Source: an uncultured Candidatus Entotheonella sp. (GTDB taxonomy: Bacteria; Tectomicrobia; Entotheonellia; Entotheonellales; Entotheonellaceae). Taken from it: DNA of 64,000 bases. Both the position numbers and the translations under genes were made by a program. Location: positions 3,008,001 through 3,072,000 of the forward strand of contig OZ244252.1 of the NCBI GenBank assembly GCA_965217185.1, written 5' to 3'. This document shows positions 27,714-38,835 of the stretch, piece by piece. The first letter of the stretch is position 1. Each line of letters begins with the position of its first letter. The notes beneath the pieces were generated by a model, which saw nothing but the letters and a program-made list of their open reading frames with translations, did not search any database and was not told the origin of the DNA.

Positions 27714-28892
27714 ATGGCGCTCGTGGAGCGGTTGACATTCGGAATCTTCCTGGCTCCCTTTCACCGACTTGGCGAGAATCCCACCCTGGCTCTGGAACGC
27801 GACCTTGAGTTGCTGCAGTGGCTCGACCGCCTTGGCTACGACGAAGCCTGGATCGGCGAGCACCACAGCGCCGGATGGGAAACCATCGCCTCGCCCGAGG
27901 TGTTCATGGCCACGGCGGCTGAACGCACCCGTCACATCCGTCTCGGCACCGGTGTCGTCAGCCTGCCGTACCACCACCCGCTTATGGTTGCCAACCGCCT
28001 CGTCCTGCTCGACCACCTGACGCGCGGCCGCGTCATGCTCGGCGTCGGCCCCGGCGCCTTGATCACCGACGCCCACATGCTGGGCCTCAATCCCGCCCGG
28101 CAACGCGACATGATGGACGAGTCGATGACCATCATTAAACGCCTTCTGACCGAGACCGAACCCATTACCTACAAGAGCGACTGGTTTGAGTTGCGTGACG
28201 CGCTCCTGCATCTGCGGCCCTACACTCAGCCGCACTTCCCCATCGCCGTCGCCAGCGTCCAATCGCCCGCCGGCGTCGAGCTGGCCGGCAAGCACGGTGC
28301 CGGCGTCCTCTCCCTGAGCGCTTATGCGGGTGTGCGAGGCGTCGTAGCTCTCCCCGAGCAGTGGAAGATCGCCGAGGAAAGCGCCGCACTGCACGGCAAC
28401 ACCATGGACCGCCAAGGCTGGCGGCTGGTGATGCCGATTCACTTGGCCGAAACGCGCCAGCAAGCCTTCGACGAGGCACGGCACGGGGCCGCCGCGTGGT
28501 TGCAGGAGTATTTTCGCGACACATTGGGGCAACCCTTGCCGCCGGACACCGCGCCGGACGACCTCATCGAGGTGATGAGCGAAAATGGCGCCTGGCTGGT
28601 GGGCACGCCGGACGACGCCATTGCGACCATCGAACGCCTCGCCAACATCAGCGGCGGTTTTGGCGGCCTGCTGGGCCTGGCGCACGAATGGGCACCGCGT
28701 GAAAAGATTCTCCACAGCTACGAATTGCTGGCGCGCTACGTCATGCCTCGCTACAACGGCTCCCTGGCCGGCACGATCGGTTCCAATGCCTGGGCCCGCA
28801 GCGCGCGTGAGGAGTTGGGCGTCCAGCGCCAGCAAGCCATCGAAACGGCCCACGCCGAGTACGAGGCGCGTCAAGCCGCGCCCACCAGGTAA
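27714..28892 (+). CDS. LLM-class flavin-dependent monooxygenase
   Basis: GYDEAWIGEHH, IRLGTGV and LDHLTRGRVMLGVG. Confidence 0.9.
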   Translation: MALVERLTFGIFLAPFHRLGENPTLALERDLELLQWLDRLGYDEAWIGEHHSAGWETIASPEVFMATAAERTRHIRLGTGVVSLPYHHPLMVANRLVLLDHLTRGRVMLGVGPGALITDAHMLGLNPARQRDMMDESMTIIKRLLTETEPITYKSDWFELRDALLHLRPYTQPHFPIAVASVQSPAGVELAGKHGAGVLSLSAYAGVRGVVALPEQWKIAEESAALHGNTMDRQGWRLVMPIHLAETRQQAFDEARHGAAAWLQEYFRDTLGQPLPPDTAPDDLIEVMSENGAWLVGTPDDAIATIERLANISGGFGGLLGLAHEWAPREKILHSYELLARYVMPRYNGSLAGTIGSNAWARSAREELGVQRQQAIETAHAEYEARQAAPTR

Positions 28893-28952
28893 TGGCGGCT
28901 GAGTCTGAGCCCGCCAACCGGTCCTTCCAGGCTCCAGGAGAAGGTCTACTGC

Positions 28953-30836
28953 ATGCCCGAATCCTATGACGCCGCAGCCATTGAGGTCCTCAGTGGCCTC
29001 GACCCCGTTCGCAAGCGCCCCGGCATGTTCACCGACACCACCCGCCCTAACTACTTGGCCCACGAAGTCATCGACAACAGCGTCGACGAAGCCATCGCCG
29101 GCCACGCCAGGCGCATCGACGTCACCCTGCACGAGGACAACTCCCTGGAGGTGCGCGACGACGGACGCGGCATGCCCGTGGACCTGCACCCCGAGGAGCA
29201 GGTGCCGGGCGTGGAGGTCATCCTGACGCGCCTGCACGCCGGCGGTAAGTTCTCCAACAAGAACTACCGCTTCTCGGGCGGCCTGCACGGCGTCGGCGTG
29301 TCCGTGGTCAACGCCCTGTCCTTGCGCCTGGAGGTGGAGGTGCGGCGCGATGGGCAGGAATACCGCATGACTTTCGCCAACGGTGACAAGACGTCGGAAC
29401 TGGAAGGAGTGGGACCCTGCGGCCGCCGCACCGGCACCACCGTGCGCTTCTGGCCCGACGCGGCGTACTTCGAGACCGTCAACTTCTCCCTGCCGCACCT
29501 GCTGCACCTCCTGCGCGCCAAAGCCGTCCTGTGCCCCGGCCTGCAGGTGAAATTTCGCAATGCCAAGACCGGCGAGCAGATAGCGTGGCATTACCAGGAC
29601 GGCCTGCGGGCGTACCTGCTCGACACCCTGGACGGCTCGCCCTGCCTGCCCGACAACGCCTTCGTGGGCCGCATGGAAGACGCGCAGGAGACCGCCGATT
29701 GGGCTGTCGCGTGGCTGCCGGAGGGCGGCACCGAGGTGACGGAGAGTTACGTCAACCTGATCCCTACCTCCCAGGGCGGCACGCACGTCAACGGCCTGCG
29801 TACCGGACTCACCGAAGCCATCCGCGAGTTCTGCGAGTTTCGCAACCTGCTGCCGCGCGGTGTGCGCCTGGCCCCCGAGGATGTATGGGAATCGTGCAGC
29901 TACCTGCTGTCGGTCAAGATGCACGACCCGCAGTTCACCGGCCAGACCAAGGAGCGCCTCGCCTCCCGCCAGTGCGCCGCTTTCGTTTCCGGCGCCGTCA
30001 AGGACGCCCTCAGCCTGTGGCTGCACCAGCACACCGAGGTCGGCGAGCAGGTGGCGCTGCTGGTCATCCGCAACGCCCAGAAACGCCTGCAAAGCAGCAA
30101 GAAAGTGGTGCGCAAACGCATCACCACTGGCCCCACCCTGCCCGGCAAGCTGACCGACTGCACGGCGCAGGACTTGGCGCGCACCGAGTTGTTCCTGGTC
30201 GAGGGCGATTCCGCCGGCGGCTCCACCAAACAGGCGCGCAACAAGGAATTTCAGGCCGTCATGCCCCTACGCGGCAAGATCCTCAACACCTGGGAGGTCG
30301 ATCCCGCCCAAGTGCTCGGCTCGCAGGAGGTGCACGACATCGCCCTGGCCATCGGCGTCGAGCCGGGTTCAAGCAACCTCAACGAGTTGCGTTACGGCAA
30401 GGTCTGCATCCTTGCCGATGCCGACTCCGACGGCGCCCATATCGCCACTTTGCTCTGCGCCCTGTTCGTCCGCCATTTCCGGCCGCTGGTCAGCGCCGGC
30501 CACGTCTACGTCGCCATGCCGCCGCTATACCGTGTCGACGTGGGGCAGGATGTCTTCTACGCCCTCGACGACGCCGAGCGTGACGGCATTCTCAACCGCA
30601 TCGCCGCCGAACGCCCCAAGGGCAAGCCGACCGTGCTGCGCTTCAAGGGCCTGGGCGAGATGAACCCCCTGCAACTGCGCCACACCACCCTCAACCCTGA
30701 CACCCGCCGCCTGGTGCAGCTCACCATCGAGGCGGGCGACGGTACCTCTTCCCTCATGGACATGCTTCTGGCCAAGAAACGCGCCGCCGACCGCAAGGCG
30801 TGGCTGGAGCATTACGGCAACCTGGCGGAGGTGTAA
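28953..30836 (+). CDS. parE: DNA topoisomerase IV subunit B
   Basis: [31 protein letters not shown] and DADSDG; 627 aa; adjacent to parC. Confidence 0.93.
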   Translation: MPESYDAAAIEVLSGLDPVRKRPGMFTDTTRPNYLAHEVIDNSVDEAIAGHARRIDVTLHEDNSLEVRDDGRGMPVDLHPEEQVPGVEVILTRLHAGGKFSNKNYRFSGGLHGVGVSVVNALSLRLEVEVRRDGQEYRMTFANGDKTSELEGVGPCGRRTGTTVRFWPDAAYFETVNFSLPHLLHLLRAKAVLCPGLQVKFRNAKTGEQIAWHYQDGLRAYLLDTLDGSPCLPDNAFVGRMEDAQETADWAVAWLPEGGTEVTESYVNLIPTSQGGTHVNGLRTGLTEAIREFCEFRNLLPRGVRLAPEDVWESCSYLLSVKMHDPQFTGQTKERLASRQCAAFVSGAVKDALSLWLHQHTEVGEQVALLVIRNAQKRLQSSKKVVRKRITTGPTLPGKLTDCTAQDLARTELFLVEGDSAGGSTKQARNKEFQAVMPLRGKILNTWEVDPAQVLGSQEVHDIALAIGVEPGSSNLNELRYGKVCILADADSDGAHIATLLCALFVRHFRPLVSAGHVYVAMPPLYRVDVGQDVFYALDDAERDGILNRIAAERPKGKPTVLRFKGLGEMNPLQLRHTTLNPDTRRLVQLTIEAGDGTSSLMDMLLAKKRAADRKAWLEHYGNLAEV

Positions 30837-33154
30837 TGGCAATCGACGTGACCGACGCGACCCGGCAGACGGCCACCGTCCTGCCCGCCGCGAACGGCGT
30901 GGAACGGCTCCCCCTCAAGGCGTACACCGAGCGAGCCTACCTGTCCTATTCCATGTACGTCATCCTCGACCGCGCCCTGCCGCACGTCAGCGACGGCCTC
31001 AAACCCGTGCAGCGGCGCATCATTTACGCCATGTCGGAGCTCAACCTGTCGTCGCAGATGAAGCCCAAAAAAGCCGCGCGCACCATCGGCGACGTCATCG
31101 GCAAGTTTCATCCGCACGGCGAGACGGCCTGCTACGAGGCCATGGTGCTAATGGCGCAGCCCTTTTCGTACCGCTATCCGCTGGTCGACGGGCAGGGAAA
31201 CTTCGGCTCGCCCGACGACCCGAAATCGTTCGCCGCCATGCGCTACACCGAAGCGCGACTGACACCGTTCGCCGATATGCTGCTCTCTGAAATCGGCCAG
31301 GGAACGGTGGATTGGACGCCCAACTTCGACGGCACCCTGAACGAGCCCGTCTTCCTGCCGGCGCGCCTGCCGCACGTGCTGCTCAACGGCGCCACCGGCA
31401 TCGCCGTCGGCATGGCGACGGACATCCCGCCGCACAACCTGCGCGAGGTCGCCGCCGCTTGCATCCATCTGTTGGAAAAGCCCGCCGCTGCGGTCGCAGA
31501 ACTCTGCGAGTTCGTGCAGGCGCCGGATTTTCCCACCGCGGCGGAAATCATCACGCCGCGCGAAGAAATCGTGCGCATGTACGAGACCGGCATCGGCTCG
31601 TTGCGCATGCGGGCGCGCTACGAGCGCGAAGCGGAGGCCATCGTGGTCACGGCGCTGCCGTATCAGGTCTCCGGCTCCAAGGTCCTGGAGCAGATCGCCG
31701 GTCAGCTTCGTGCTAAGAAGCTGCCCATGGTGGTCGATCTGCGCGACGAGTCGGACCACGAAAACCCCACCCGCCTGGTCATCGTGCTGTCGTCCGCGCG
31801 CACCCCGGCAGACACCGTCATGTCGCACCTCTTTGCCACCACCGACCTGGAACGCACCTACCGCGTCAATTTCAACATGATCGGGTTGGACAAGCGCCCG
31901 CAGGTGAAGAATTTGCGCGCCGTGCTGACGGAATGGCTGGCGTTCCGCGCCGACACCGTGCGCCGGCGCCTGCAGTTCCGGCTCGACCGCGTGCTGCAGC
32001 GCCTGCACGTGCTGGAAGGGCTGCTGGTCGCCTACCTCAACGTCGATGCGGTTATCGAGGTCATTCGCAACGAGGAAGCGCCGAAAGCCGCCCTGATGGG
32101 ACGCTTCGGCCTCAGCGACACCCAGGCGGAGGCCATTCTGGACCTGCGGCTGCGCCGCCTGGCCCGGCTGGAAGAAATCGTCATTCAACGGGAACAGAAG
32201 CGCCTCGACGCCGAGCGGCGCGATCTGGAGAAGCTGCTGTCGTCGCCCCGGCGTCTGCAAACGCTGATGCGCAAGGAGTTGCAGAAAGACGTCGATACCT
32301 ACGGCGACGCCCGGCGCTCACCCCTGGTCGAGCGGCTGCCGGCGCAAGCCCTCGCCGAGAACGCCATGCTGCCCAGTGAGCCGGTAACGGTGGTGCTGTC
32401 CGAGAAGGGCTGGGTGCGCGCCGCCAAGGGGCACGAGATCAACCCCGAAACCCTCAATTACAAGGCGGGGGACCAGTTCCTGGCCGCGGCGCGCGGCAAG
32501 AGCACGCAACTGGCCGTCTTCCTGGACTCGACCGGCAAGAGCTACGCCATCCCGACGCATACGCTCCCCTCGGCGCGCGGCCAGGGCGAGCCGCTCACCG
32601 GGCGGCTGAGCCCGCCGGAAGGCGCTTCGTTCGTCGGGGTGATTCTGGGGGACGCGGAGGACCGCTACGTGGTGGCGTCGGACGCCGGCTACGGATTTGT
32701 GACGACCCTGGAGGATTTGCAGTCGCGCCAACGCGTCGGCAAGGCCGTGCTCACCCTGCCGCCGCACAGCCGGGCGCTGCCGCCCAGGCCGCTCGGCGAC
32801 AGCGCGGATTTTATCGCCGCGGTCAGCAGCCAAGGCCGCCTGCTGGTGTTTCCCCTCGCGCAACTGCCGCAACTGGCCAAGGGCAAGGGGTCCAGACTCA
32901 TCGCCATTCCCACCGCCCAAGCCGCGGTGCGCCAAGACGCCCTGGCCGCCTTCACCTGCCTGTCCAGCGGCCAGTCGTTGACGCTTTATTGCGGCCAGCG
33001 CCACCTCACCCTCAAGCCCGCCGACATCGCCCACTACACCGGCACCCGCGGTCAACGCGGCGTCAAACTGCCGCGCGGCTTCCAGCGCGTCGACCGCCTC
33101 GACGTCACCGCCCGCCCCACCCAACCGGCTCCCAACGGACAGACGCGGGGCTAG
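30836..33154 (+). CDS. parC: DNA topoisomerase IV subunit A
   Basis: [23 protein letters not shown] and catalytic AAMRYTE; start overlaps the parE stop (TAATG). Confidence 0.93.
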   Translation: MAIDVTDATRQTATVLPAANGVERLPLKAYTERAYLSYSMYVILDRALPHVSDGLKPVQRRIIYAMSELNLSSQMKPKKAARTIGDVIGKFHPHGETACYEAMVLMAQPFSYRYPLVDGQGNFGSPDDPKSFAAMRYTEARLTPFADMLLSEIGQGTVDWTPNFDGTLNEPVFLPARLPHVLLNGATGIAVGMATDIPPHNLREVAAACIHLLEKPAAAVAELCEFVQAPDFPTAAEIITPREEIVRMYETGIGSLRMRARYEREAEAIVVTALPYQVSGSKVLEQIAGQLRAKKLPMVVDLRDESDHENPTRLVIVLSSARTPADTVMSHLFATTDLERTYRVNFNMIGLDKRPQVKNLRAVLTEWLAFRADTVRRRLQFRLDRVLQRLHVLEGLLVAYLNVDAVIEVIRNEEAPKAALMGRFGLSDTQAEAILDLRLRRLARLEEIVIQREQKRLDAERRDLEKLLSSPRRLQTLMRKELQKDVDTYGDARRSPLVERLPAQALAENAMLPSEPVTVVLSEKGWVRAAKGHEINPETLNYKAGDQFLAAARGKSTQLAVFLDSTGKSYAIPTHTLPSARGQGEPLTGRLSPPEGASFVGVILGDAEDRYVVASDAGYGFVTTLEDLQSRQRVGKAVLTLPPHSRALPPRPLGDSADFIAAVSSQGRLLVFPLAQLPQLAKGKGSRLIAIPTAQAAVRQDALAAFTCLSSGQSLTLYCGQRHLTLKPADIAHYTGTRGQRGVKLPRGFQRVDRLDVTARPTQPAPNGQTRG

Positions 33155-33235
33155 CCAACGCCGTCGCTCTATGGTTCAATGCGGAGACCGGAGTCGTAAA
33201 GCCCAGTCCGGCAGGGGGCTCGGAAAGGGGACATC

Positions 33236-33516
33236 GTGGCTGGATCCTTCGTCAGCGCCGGGCAGTTCGGTGAGTTCAGCAAGCGCATGGGTGAGCGCCT
33301 CGGCGCCGTGAATCAGCGCTTCGACCACTGCGGGTGCGCTGTGATAAGCGGTTTGACACTATTGAGAGCTGCTCCCGGGACAGAAATTTCCACGTCAATC
33401 AGCGATACGAATTGACACAAGCCCTTTTTGATTTGCGAGCCGAGATGCGCCAGACGCACCGGTGGCTTATCGCGAATGCGATGACCGTTTTCGTCGGTTT
33501 GGACTGCTCCTCCTGA
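33236..33516 (+). pseudogene. Degenerate coiled-coil (NQRFD-type repeat) small membrane protein
   Basis: Fragments ERLGAVNQRFD and DKRFD...VNQRY...DLRAEMRQTHRWLI fall in different frames. Confidence 0.45.
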
Positions 33517-33638
33517 AAGAATTCCTTTTCAATTGAAGCATCTTTGAACCAGCACGTCGCATGCCCCGCCCATGCGGTGCTTGGGCATGGGAAGCGCTTC
33601 GGCGGATGCGGAAACAGTTTGACCGAGGGAGAGGCGAA

Positions 33639-34841
33639 ATGATGCGATGGTTGTTCGTGGTGCTCGGCATCCTGGTGGTGCTGCCGGCTTGGGCGGCGGC
33701 CGAGGAGCCGGCGCTGACCGTGACGATGCGGCTGGCGGAGGCCGAGTGGGAGGTGATGCGGCGAGATATCCTGCCGACGTTCGAAATCCTTTGCGCATGC
33801 AAGGTGCGCGCTATCGACGTGCCGCCGGAGGCCCTGGTGCAGAGGCTGCGGGCTATGCAGCAGGCCGGACGCATGGACATTGACCTCTTCGCCCAGGACA
33901 ACATGCGGCTGCAAGAGCTGGTGGACGCCGAGTTGGTCTCTCCCATGACGGATGCGGAATCCGAGATGTCCGATTCGGTGTACCCGGCCCTGCAGGCCGC
34001 CGGCGTCATCGACGAGCAGCGCTACTTCGTCCCCTTCCGGCCCAACGTGCAGATTACCTACTACAACGCCGACAAGTTCGCCGAATACGACCTGCAGCCG
34101 CCGCGTACCTGGCCGGAACTCCTCGCCGTGGCGCGCGCCTTCGCGGAGCGGGACGGCATGGGTAGGGTGCTGTTCAAGGGCGCCGGCGGAGCGCCGACGA
34201 CCACCCAGCTTTATGAATGGATCGTCGCCGCCGGCGGTGACCCGTTCGATTTTGCCGATCCCGGCACCGTCGCCACGTTCGAGTTTCTGGCTTCCCTGCG
34301 CCCCTACCTGTCTCCCGAATCGCGCCGCGCCAAGTGGGATACGACCAACGACGCCCTGGCGCAGGACGTCGCGTTTCTGGCGCAGAACTGGCCCTTCGGC
34401 GTGCCGCTGCTGGTGAAGGACTACGGCAAGACGGCCATCCGCACCTACAGCGGGTGGGCTGGCCCGGCGCGGCAGGCGCACGTCATCGGCGGCGACGTGC
34501 TCGGCATCCCGGTCGGCGCCCGCAACCGGCGGCTGGCCCTGGCGATGATCCAATTTCTGCAGAGCCACATGGTGCAGGAAGCGCTGACCGATCGGCTTGG
34601 CTGGCCCAGCCTGCGGTCGGACATCCGTGCCTCCACCGCCGAGGCGTGGATGCGCCCGCACGCCGAGGCCGTGCAGGAAGCCCTGAGCCACGGCGTTTTT
34701 CGCGCCAACGTTGGCTACTGGGCCGATTACGAACGTCTCGCCAATGAGGCCGTACAGCGCATCCTGTGGCGCGCCGAGGCCCCCGCAACGGTGCTGCCGC
34801 CCCTCGCCGCACGGCTTGACGCTCTGAGGAAGCGTGAGTGA
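33639..34841 (+). CDS. Carbohydrate ABC transporter substrate-binding protein
   Basis: Signal peptide; YYNAD, PPRTWPEL, NWPF and GGDVLGI. Confidence 0.85.
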   Translation: MMRWLFVVLGILVVLPAWAAAEEPALTVTMRLAEAEWEVMRRDILPTFEILCACKVRAIDVPPEALVQRLRAMQQAGRMDIDLFAQDNMRLQELVDAELVSPMTDAESEMSDSVYPALQAAGVIDEQRYFVPFRPNVQITYYNADKFAEYDLQPPRTWPELLAVARAFAERDGMGRVLFKGAGGAPTTTQLYEWIVAAGGDPFDFADPGTVATFEFLASLRPYLSPESRRAKWDTTNDALAQDVAFLAQNWPFGVPLLVKDYGKTAIRTYSGWAGPARQAHVIGGDVLGIPVGARNRRLALAMIQFLQSHMVQEALTDRLGWPSLRSDIRASTAEAWMRPHAEAVQEALSHGVFRANVGYWADYERLANEAVQRILWRAEAPATVLPPLAARLDALRKRE

Positions 34842-35671
34842 AATGGCGCCATCTGCTCGGCTTGGCGCCCCTCACCCTGTACCTCGCTGCTCTGACCCTT
34901 GTTCCCGTCGTCTCCACCTTGCTGCTCAGCCTGAAAACGCCGCAAGGCGACTGGGGGCTGGGAGCCTACCGCGCTATCACCTCGCACTACCAATTCGGCG
35001 AAGCCGTTGCCAACACGCTGCTGGTGACGGTCCTCGGGCTGAGCCTGGAATTGGCGCTTGGCCTGGCCGCTGCACTGGCCTTGGCGGAAGATCGTCGCGC
35101 CCTGGGATGGGTGCGCGTCGCGTTGCTGGTGCCACTGGGGGTGCCAACGATCGTCGCCGCCTCGGCGATGCGCTACATTTTCGGCACCGTCGGCTATCTC
35201 AATGAGGTGCTGTACCGCCTGGGCGTGATCGACCTGCCCATTGACTGGACCGGCAGCCGCTGGCTGGCGGTGGTTACGGTGGCCGTAGCCGACGCCTGGA
35301 AGGTCACGCCCCTGGTCATGCTCATCTTGCTTGCCGGCCTGCAAGCCATTCCCCGCCAGCTCTACGAAGCCGCCCGCACCGACGGCGCCACGCCGTGGCA
35401 GCAATTTCGCCGCATCACCCTGCCCCTGCTGCGGCCCGCCATCACCATGGCGCTGATCGTGCGCGGCGTGGATGCCTTCCGCATCTTCGCCCTGCCGCTG
35501 GCGCTGACCGGGCGCAACCTGCCGGTGCTGTCCACTTATGCCTACGTCGAATACCTGGAATATGGCAACCCGCACACCGCGGCGGCGAGCAGTACTTTGT
35601 TGTTGCTGATGATTCTGGTTGCCGTGGCCGCCTACCTGAAGCTCGCCGGGGGCGAGGAGGTGCTTCGGTGA
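34838..35671 (+). CDS. Carbohydrate ABC permease
   Basis: EAA loop LQAIPRQLYEAARTDGA. Confidence 0.9.
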   Translation: MKWRHLLGLAPLTLYLAALTLVPVVSTLLLSLKTPQGDWGLGAYRAITSHYQFGEAVANTLLVTVLGLSLELALGLAAALALAEDRRALGWVRVALLVPLGVPTIVAASAMRYIFGTVGYLNEVLYRLGVIDLPIDWTGSRWLAVVTVAVADAWKVTPLVMLILLAGLQAIPRQLYEAARTDGATPWQQFRRITLPLLRPAITMALIVRGVDAFRIFALPLALTGRNLPVLSTYAYVEYLEYGNPHTAAASSTLLLLMILVAVAAYLKLAGGEEVLR

Positions 35672-36465
35672 GGGGGCTGCGGGTGCCGTTCCTGCTGGTG
35701 ATGGTGCTGTTTGCCGCCGTACCGCTCTACGGGCTGCTGAAAATTTCGCTGAGCCCGCCGGCCGAGGTGATGACCGCGCACCCGACGCTGGTGCCGCACG
35801 GCCTCACGTGGCGCCACTGGCAGCGCGTCATTGAGAGCGGCCAGATCGGCGCGCCGCTACGCAAAAGCCTGCTGGTGGCCAGCGGCACCACCGCGCTGGC
35901 GCTGCTTCTGGCCGGCCCGGCGGCGTACAGCTTGGTGCAGTTGCCGCTGCGCTGGCGCTACGGGATTCTGATCGGCTTGTTCCTCTGCCGCATGCTGCCG
36001 GAGGTCAGCGTCGCCATGCCCATCGCCGTGGTGTTCCTGCGTTGGGGGCTGATGGACACCGCTCTCGGCCTCACGCTGGCCCACCTGCCGATGGTGCTGC
36101 CCGTCGCCGCCTGGGTTCTCACCACCGCTTTTGGCAACATCCCGCGCGACGTGGAGGAAGCCGCCGCGCTGGACGGCTGCAACCTGTGGCGCACCTTGGC
36201 ATACGTCATCATCCCCCTTGCCCTGCCCGGCGTCATCGTCGCCGCCCTGCTCGTCTGGCTGCTGTCGTGGGAGGAATTCGTGCTGGCCACCTACCTCACC
36301 CTCGGCGATAAAACCATGCCGCTGCAGGTTTACTACTATCTTTATCAGGGCAACGCTTTCGTCACCGCCGTCGCCGCCGTGATCATGACGGCCCCGGTGC
36401 TGCTGCTCAGCGCCCTGCTGCAGCGCTACATTCGGGAGACGAGTCTGGCGGGCGTGGTGCGGTAA
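35668..36465 (+). CDS. Carbohydrate ABC permease
   Basis: EAA loop IPRDVEEAAALDGC; GTGA coupling to the previous gene. Confidence 0.9.
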   Translation: MRGLRVPFLLVMVLFAAVPLYGLLKISLSPPAEVMTAHPTLVPHGLTWRHWQRVIESGQIGAPLRKSLLVASGTTALALLLAGPAAYSLVQLPLRWRYGILIGLFLCRMLPEVSVAMPIAVVFLRWGLMDTALGLTLAHLPMVLPVAAWVLTTAFGNIPRDVEEAAALDGCNLWRTLAYVIIPLALPGVIVAALLVWLLSWEEFVLATYLTLGDKTMPLQVYYYLYQGNAFVTAVAAVIMTAPVLLLSALLQRYIRETSLAGVVR

Positions 36466-36652
36466 GTCAGCAATCGTTGGGAAGGAGTCAAACGGCAGGA
36501 TACTGTTGGCACGCTCCGATTGGTGCAGAAAAGCCCGCCCGGTATTGTGCGTAGAGGAGGTGCAAGCGTCTGCTCGGCGGGCGAGACGGTTCTGTTGCCT
36601 TGGCGTGCATTTTCACACCAATCGGGGTGGTAGCCCCAAAGAAGAGACATCC

Positions 36653-38092
36653 ATGAAATTATTCATGCAGACGTGCATCGGCATGGGGACTGCGCTGATC
36701 CTGACGGCTTGTAGTGGTGGCGGTGATGCACCGTTCTCGGGACACCCCGCCCTGCCGTCGCAGAGGCCCATCCATGCCGCGCAAGCTCCGATCGTTGCTC
36801 TGGATGGTATCTTGCACGTCGGGGCCGATGTCGCCGTGCCGGACGATCAAGTACCCCCGATCACTGCTCACCGCGACACCGACCTGTTCTACGGTTTGGT
36901 GCAGGACGGGGTGGGCGCTGCGGAAGTCATTGCCTACCTGCAAGCCGATGCCGCCTACCCGAGTGCCGACGGCGAGGACAATGGAGACGTTCAACTCTTG
37001 CCCGACGGTTTATTCGTGCGCTTTGAAACTGTACCGCCGACCATTCGGGTAGCTGAAGGCACCGCTGCGGAACTGATCGACGAGACAGTGCGCGTCGTTC
37101 AGTTGATCAACGCCGCCCTGCCGCAAGCGTGGCAACTACAGTTCAGCCGCGACCCCGGACCTGCCGGCATGCTTGGCGCCTCCGACGGTGAGATACTTGT
37201 CGAATTCGCAGCCCAGGAGGACTGGCCGCATCCAGATACGCCGCCGACGAGCGAGGAGATCCACATCGGCCTGGCGCAGCCGTATTACCGGATCGAGCCT
37301 ACCGGAGACCCGGAGGCACCGTGGAAAGTCGAGATCATTGCCGGCCAAGTCTGGGTGGACCCGACGCGCACCCGTGGGCAGGAGCGCCTGGGCGTCATCA
37401 CCCACGAGCTCCTTCACCTGCTCGGCCGGAACCATCCGGACCCGGCTCGCTTTCCCAAAACGATCATGCTGGCGGGGGGCGGAGGAGGACCCTCGGAGCA
37501 CGTTCTTCATCCCCTCGACCGCGAAGCACTTTTGGCAGTCTACGACCGTCTCGAACCGGGCATCGCGCCTGACAGCATTGCGGAAACTCTGGGGGCTTGG
37601 TCTGACACGTCGCTTCACGTCCGCGGTGCACTCGGCATTGCAGACGGTGAGATCGCATTCGGAGCCGCGTTGAGAAATGGCTTGTCGCAGCCGTGGGCTT
37701 TCGGGCCAGCGCCGCACGCAGACCTTGAAGCCAACACCGTGCTATCGGAAAGCGTCAACTGGTCGGGTCGCTTGCTGGGTCTTACGCCACAAGCCGAGGT
37801 TGTAGCCGGCGCTGCCGATCTGACCGTCGAGTTGGCAATATTGGCAGGCAGGGTGGATTTCACGCGCTTGGAGTCTTGGGCGACCCACGCGGCACCGGGA
37901 GCCATCGGCACCGGGGCCATCTGGGGCAATGGCGACCTGAGTTACAGCATCCGAGTGCACGGCAACAGCTTCGTTCAGACCGACGGCGATGCCGGAACGT
38001 TAACGGGCGTGTTCTTCGGAGCGTCTCATGAAGGCATGGGCGGTGTTCTGGAACGAGATGATTTGAGCGCCGGCTTCGGCGGTGACCGCTAG
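36653..38092 (+). CDS. Lipoprotein with metzincin metallopeptidase motif and TbpB-like C-terminal barrel
   Basis: Lipobox LTAC, HELLHLLGRNH, Met-turn TIM and C-terminal G.FFG.SHEGMGG...AGFGG. Confidence 0.7.
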   Translation: MKLFMQTCIGMGTALILTACSGGGDAPFSGHPALPSQRPIHAAQAPIVALDGILHVGADVAVPDDQVPPITAHRDTDLFYGLVQDGVGAAEVIAYLQADAAYPSADGEDNGDVQLLPDGLFVRFETVPPTIRVAEGTAAELIDETVRVVQLINAALPQAWQLQFSRDPGPAGMLGASDGEILVEFAAQEDWPHPDTPPTSEEIHIGLAQPYYRIEPTGDPEAPWKVEIIAGQVWVDPTRTRGQERLGVITHELLHLLGRNHPDPARFPKTIMLAGGGGGPSEHVLHPLDREALLAVYDRLEPGIAPDSIAETLGAWSDTSLHVRGALGIADGEIAFGAALRNGLSQPWAFGPAPHADLEANTVLSESVNWSGRLLGLTPQAEVVAGAADLTVELAILAGRVDFTRLESWATHAAPGAIGTGAIWGNGDLSYSIRVHGNSFVQTDGDAGTLTGVFFGASHEGMGGVLERDDLSAGFGGDR

Positions 38093-38133
38093 CTGCATCG
38101 GCTTGGGATTATCGCCGTACGGAAAGAGGCCCC

Positions 38134-38721
38134 TCAACGCGCATCCTCCACCATCTCCTTGCATTCCTTCCAGCGAAAGCACGAGGTGACGTGATCGTTC
38201 ACCATCCCCACAGCCTGCATGAAGGCGTAGCAGATGGTGGGACCGACGAAGCGGAATCCGCGACCCTTGAGCGCTCGGCTCATCGCCTCGGAGACCGGCG
38301 TCGCGGCGGGGACATCTTCGAGCCGGCGCCAGGCGTTGACGACGGGCGCACCGCCGTTGAACGCCCACAGGAATTCCGATAACCGAATGCCCGACTCGCG
38401 TAAATCCAGCCACGCACGGGCATTTCCAATCGCCGCCTGCACCTTGAGGCGGTTGCGCACGATACCTGGGTCTTCGAGGAGCGAGGCGACCTTCTTGTCG
38501 TCGTAGCGCGCGATGCGGTCCGAGTCGAACCCGTCGAACGCGCGCCGGTACGCCTCGCGCTTCTTCAGAATGGTGTGCCAACTCAGGCCAGCCTGCGCGC
38601 CCTCGAGCACCAGCATCTCGTAGAGCCCGCGGTCGTCACGGACCGGGACGCCCCATTCCTCGTCGTGATAAGCAACGTAGAGCGAATCATCGTTCACCCA
38701 GCTGCAACGTGTCCGAGTCAT
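38134..38721 (-). CDS. tag: DNA-3-methyladenine glycosylase I
   Basis: RCSW, YHDEEWG, QAGLSW, FVGPTICYAFMQAVG and DH..C. Confidence 0.95.
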   Translation of the reverse strand: MTRTRCSWVNDDSLYVAYHDEEWGVPVRDDRGLYEMLVLEGAQAGLSWHTILKKREAYRRAFDGFDSDRIARYDDKKVASLLEDPGIVRNRLKVQAAIGNARAWLDLRESGIRLSEFLWAFNGGAPVVNAWRRLEDVPAATPVSEAMSRALKGRGFRFVGPTICYAFMQAVGMVNDHVTSCFRWKECKEMVEDAR

Positions 38722-38835
38722 CTCCAGTCCTCGATTCGCAAGGCTCCCCATACCCGAACGACGCGCACGGAATCAGTCAACGGAAGGGCAGTGATGAGGT
38801 CGATATCTCTCCGGACTCAATTCCGCGCAACAAGC

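Noticed and set aside
28953..30836. gyrB, or the ParE toxin, as the identity of this gene
   Set aside because: Length, motifs and coupling to a ParC-type subunit indicate topoisomerase IV subunit B.
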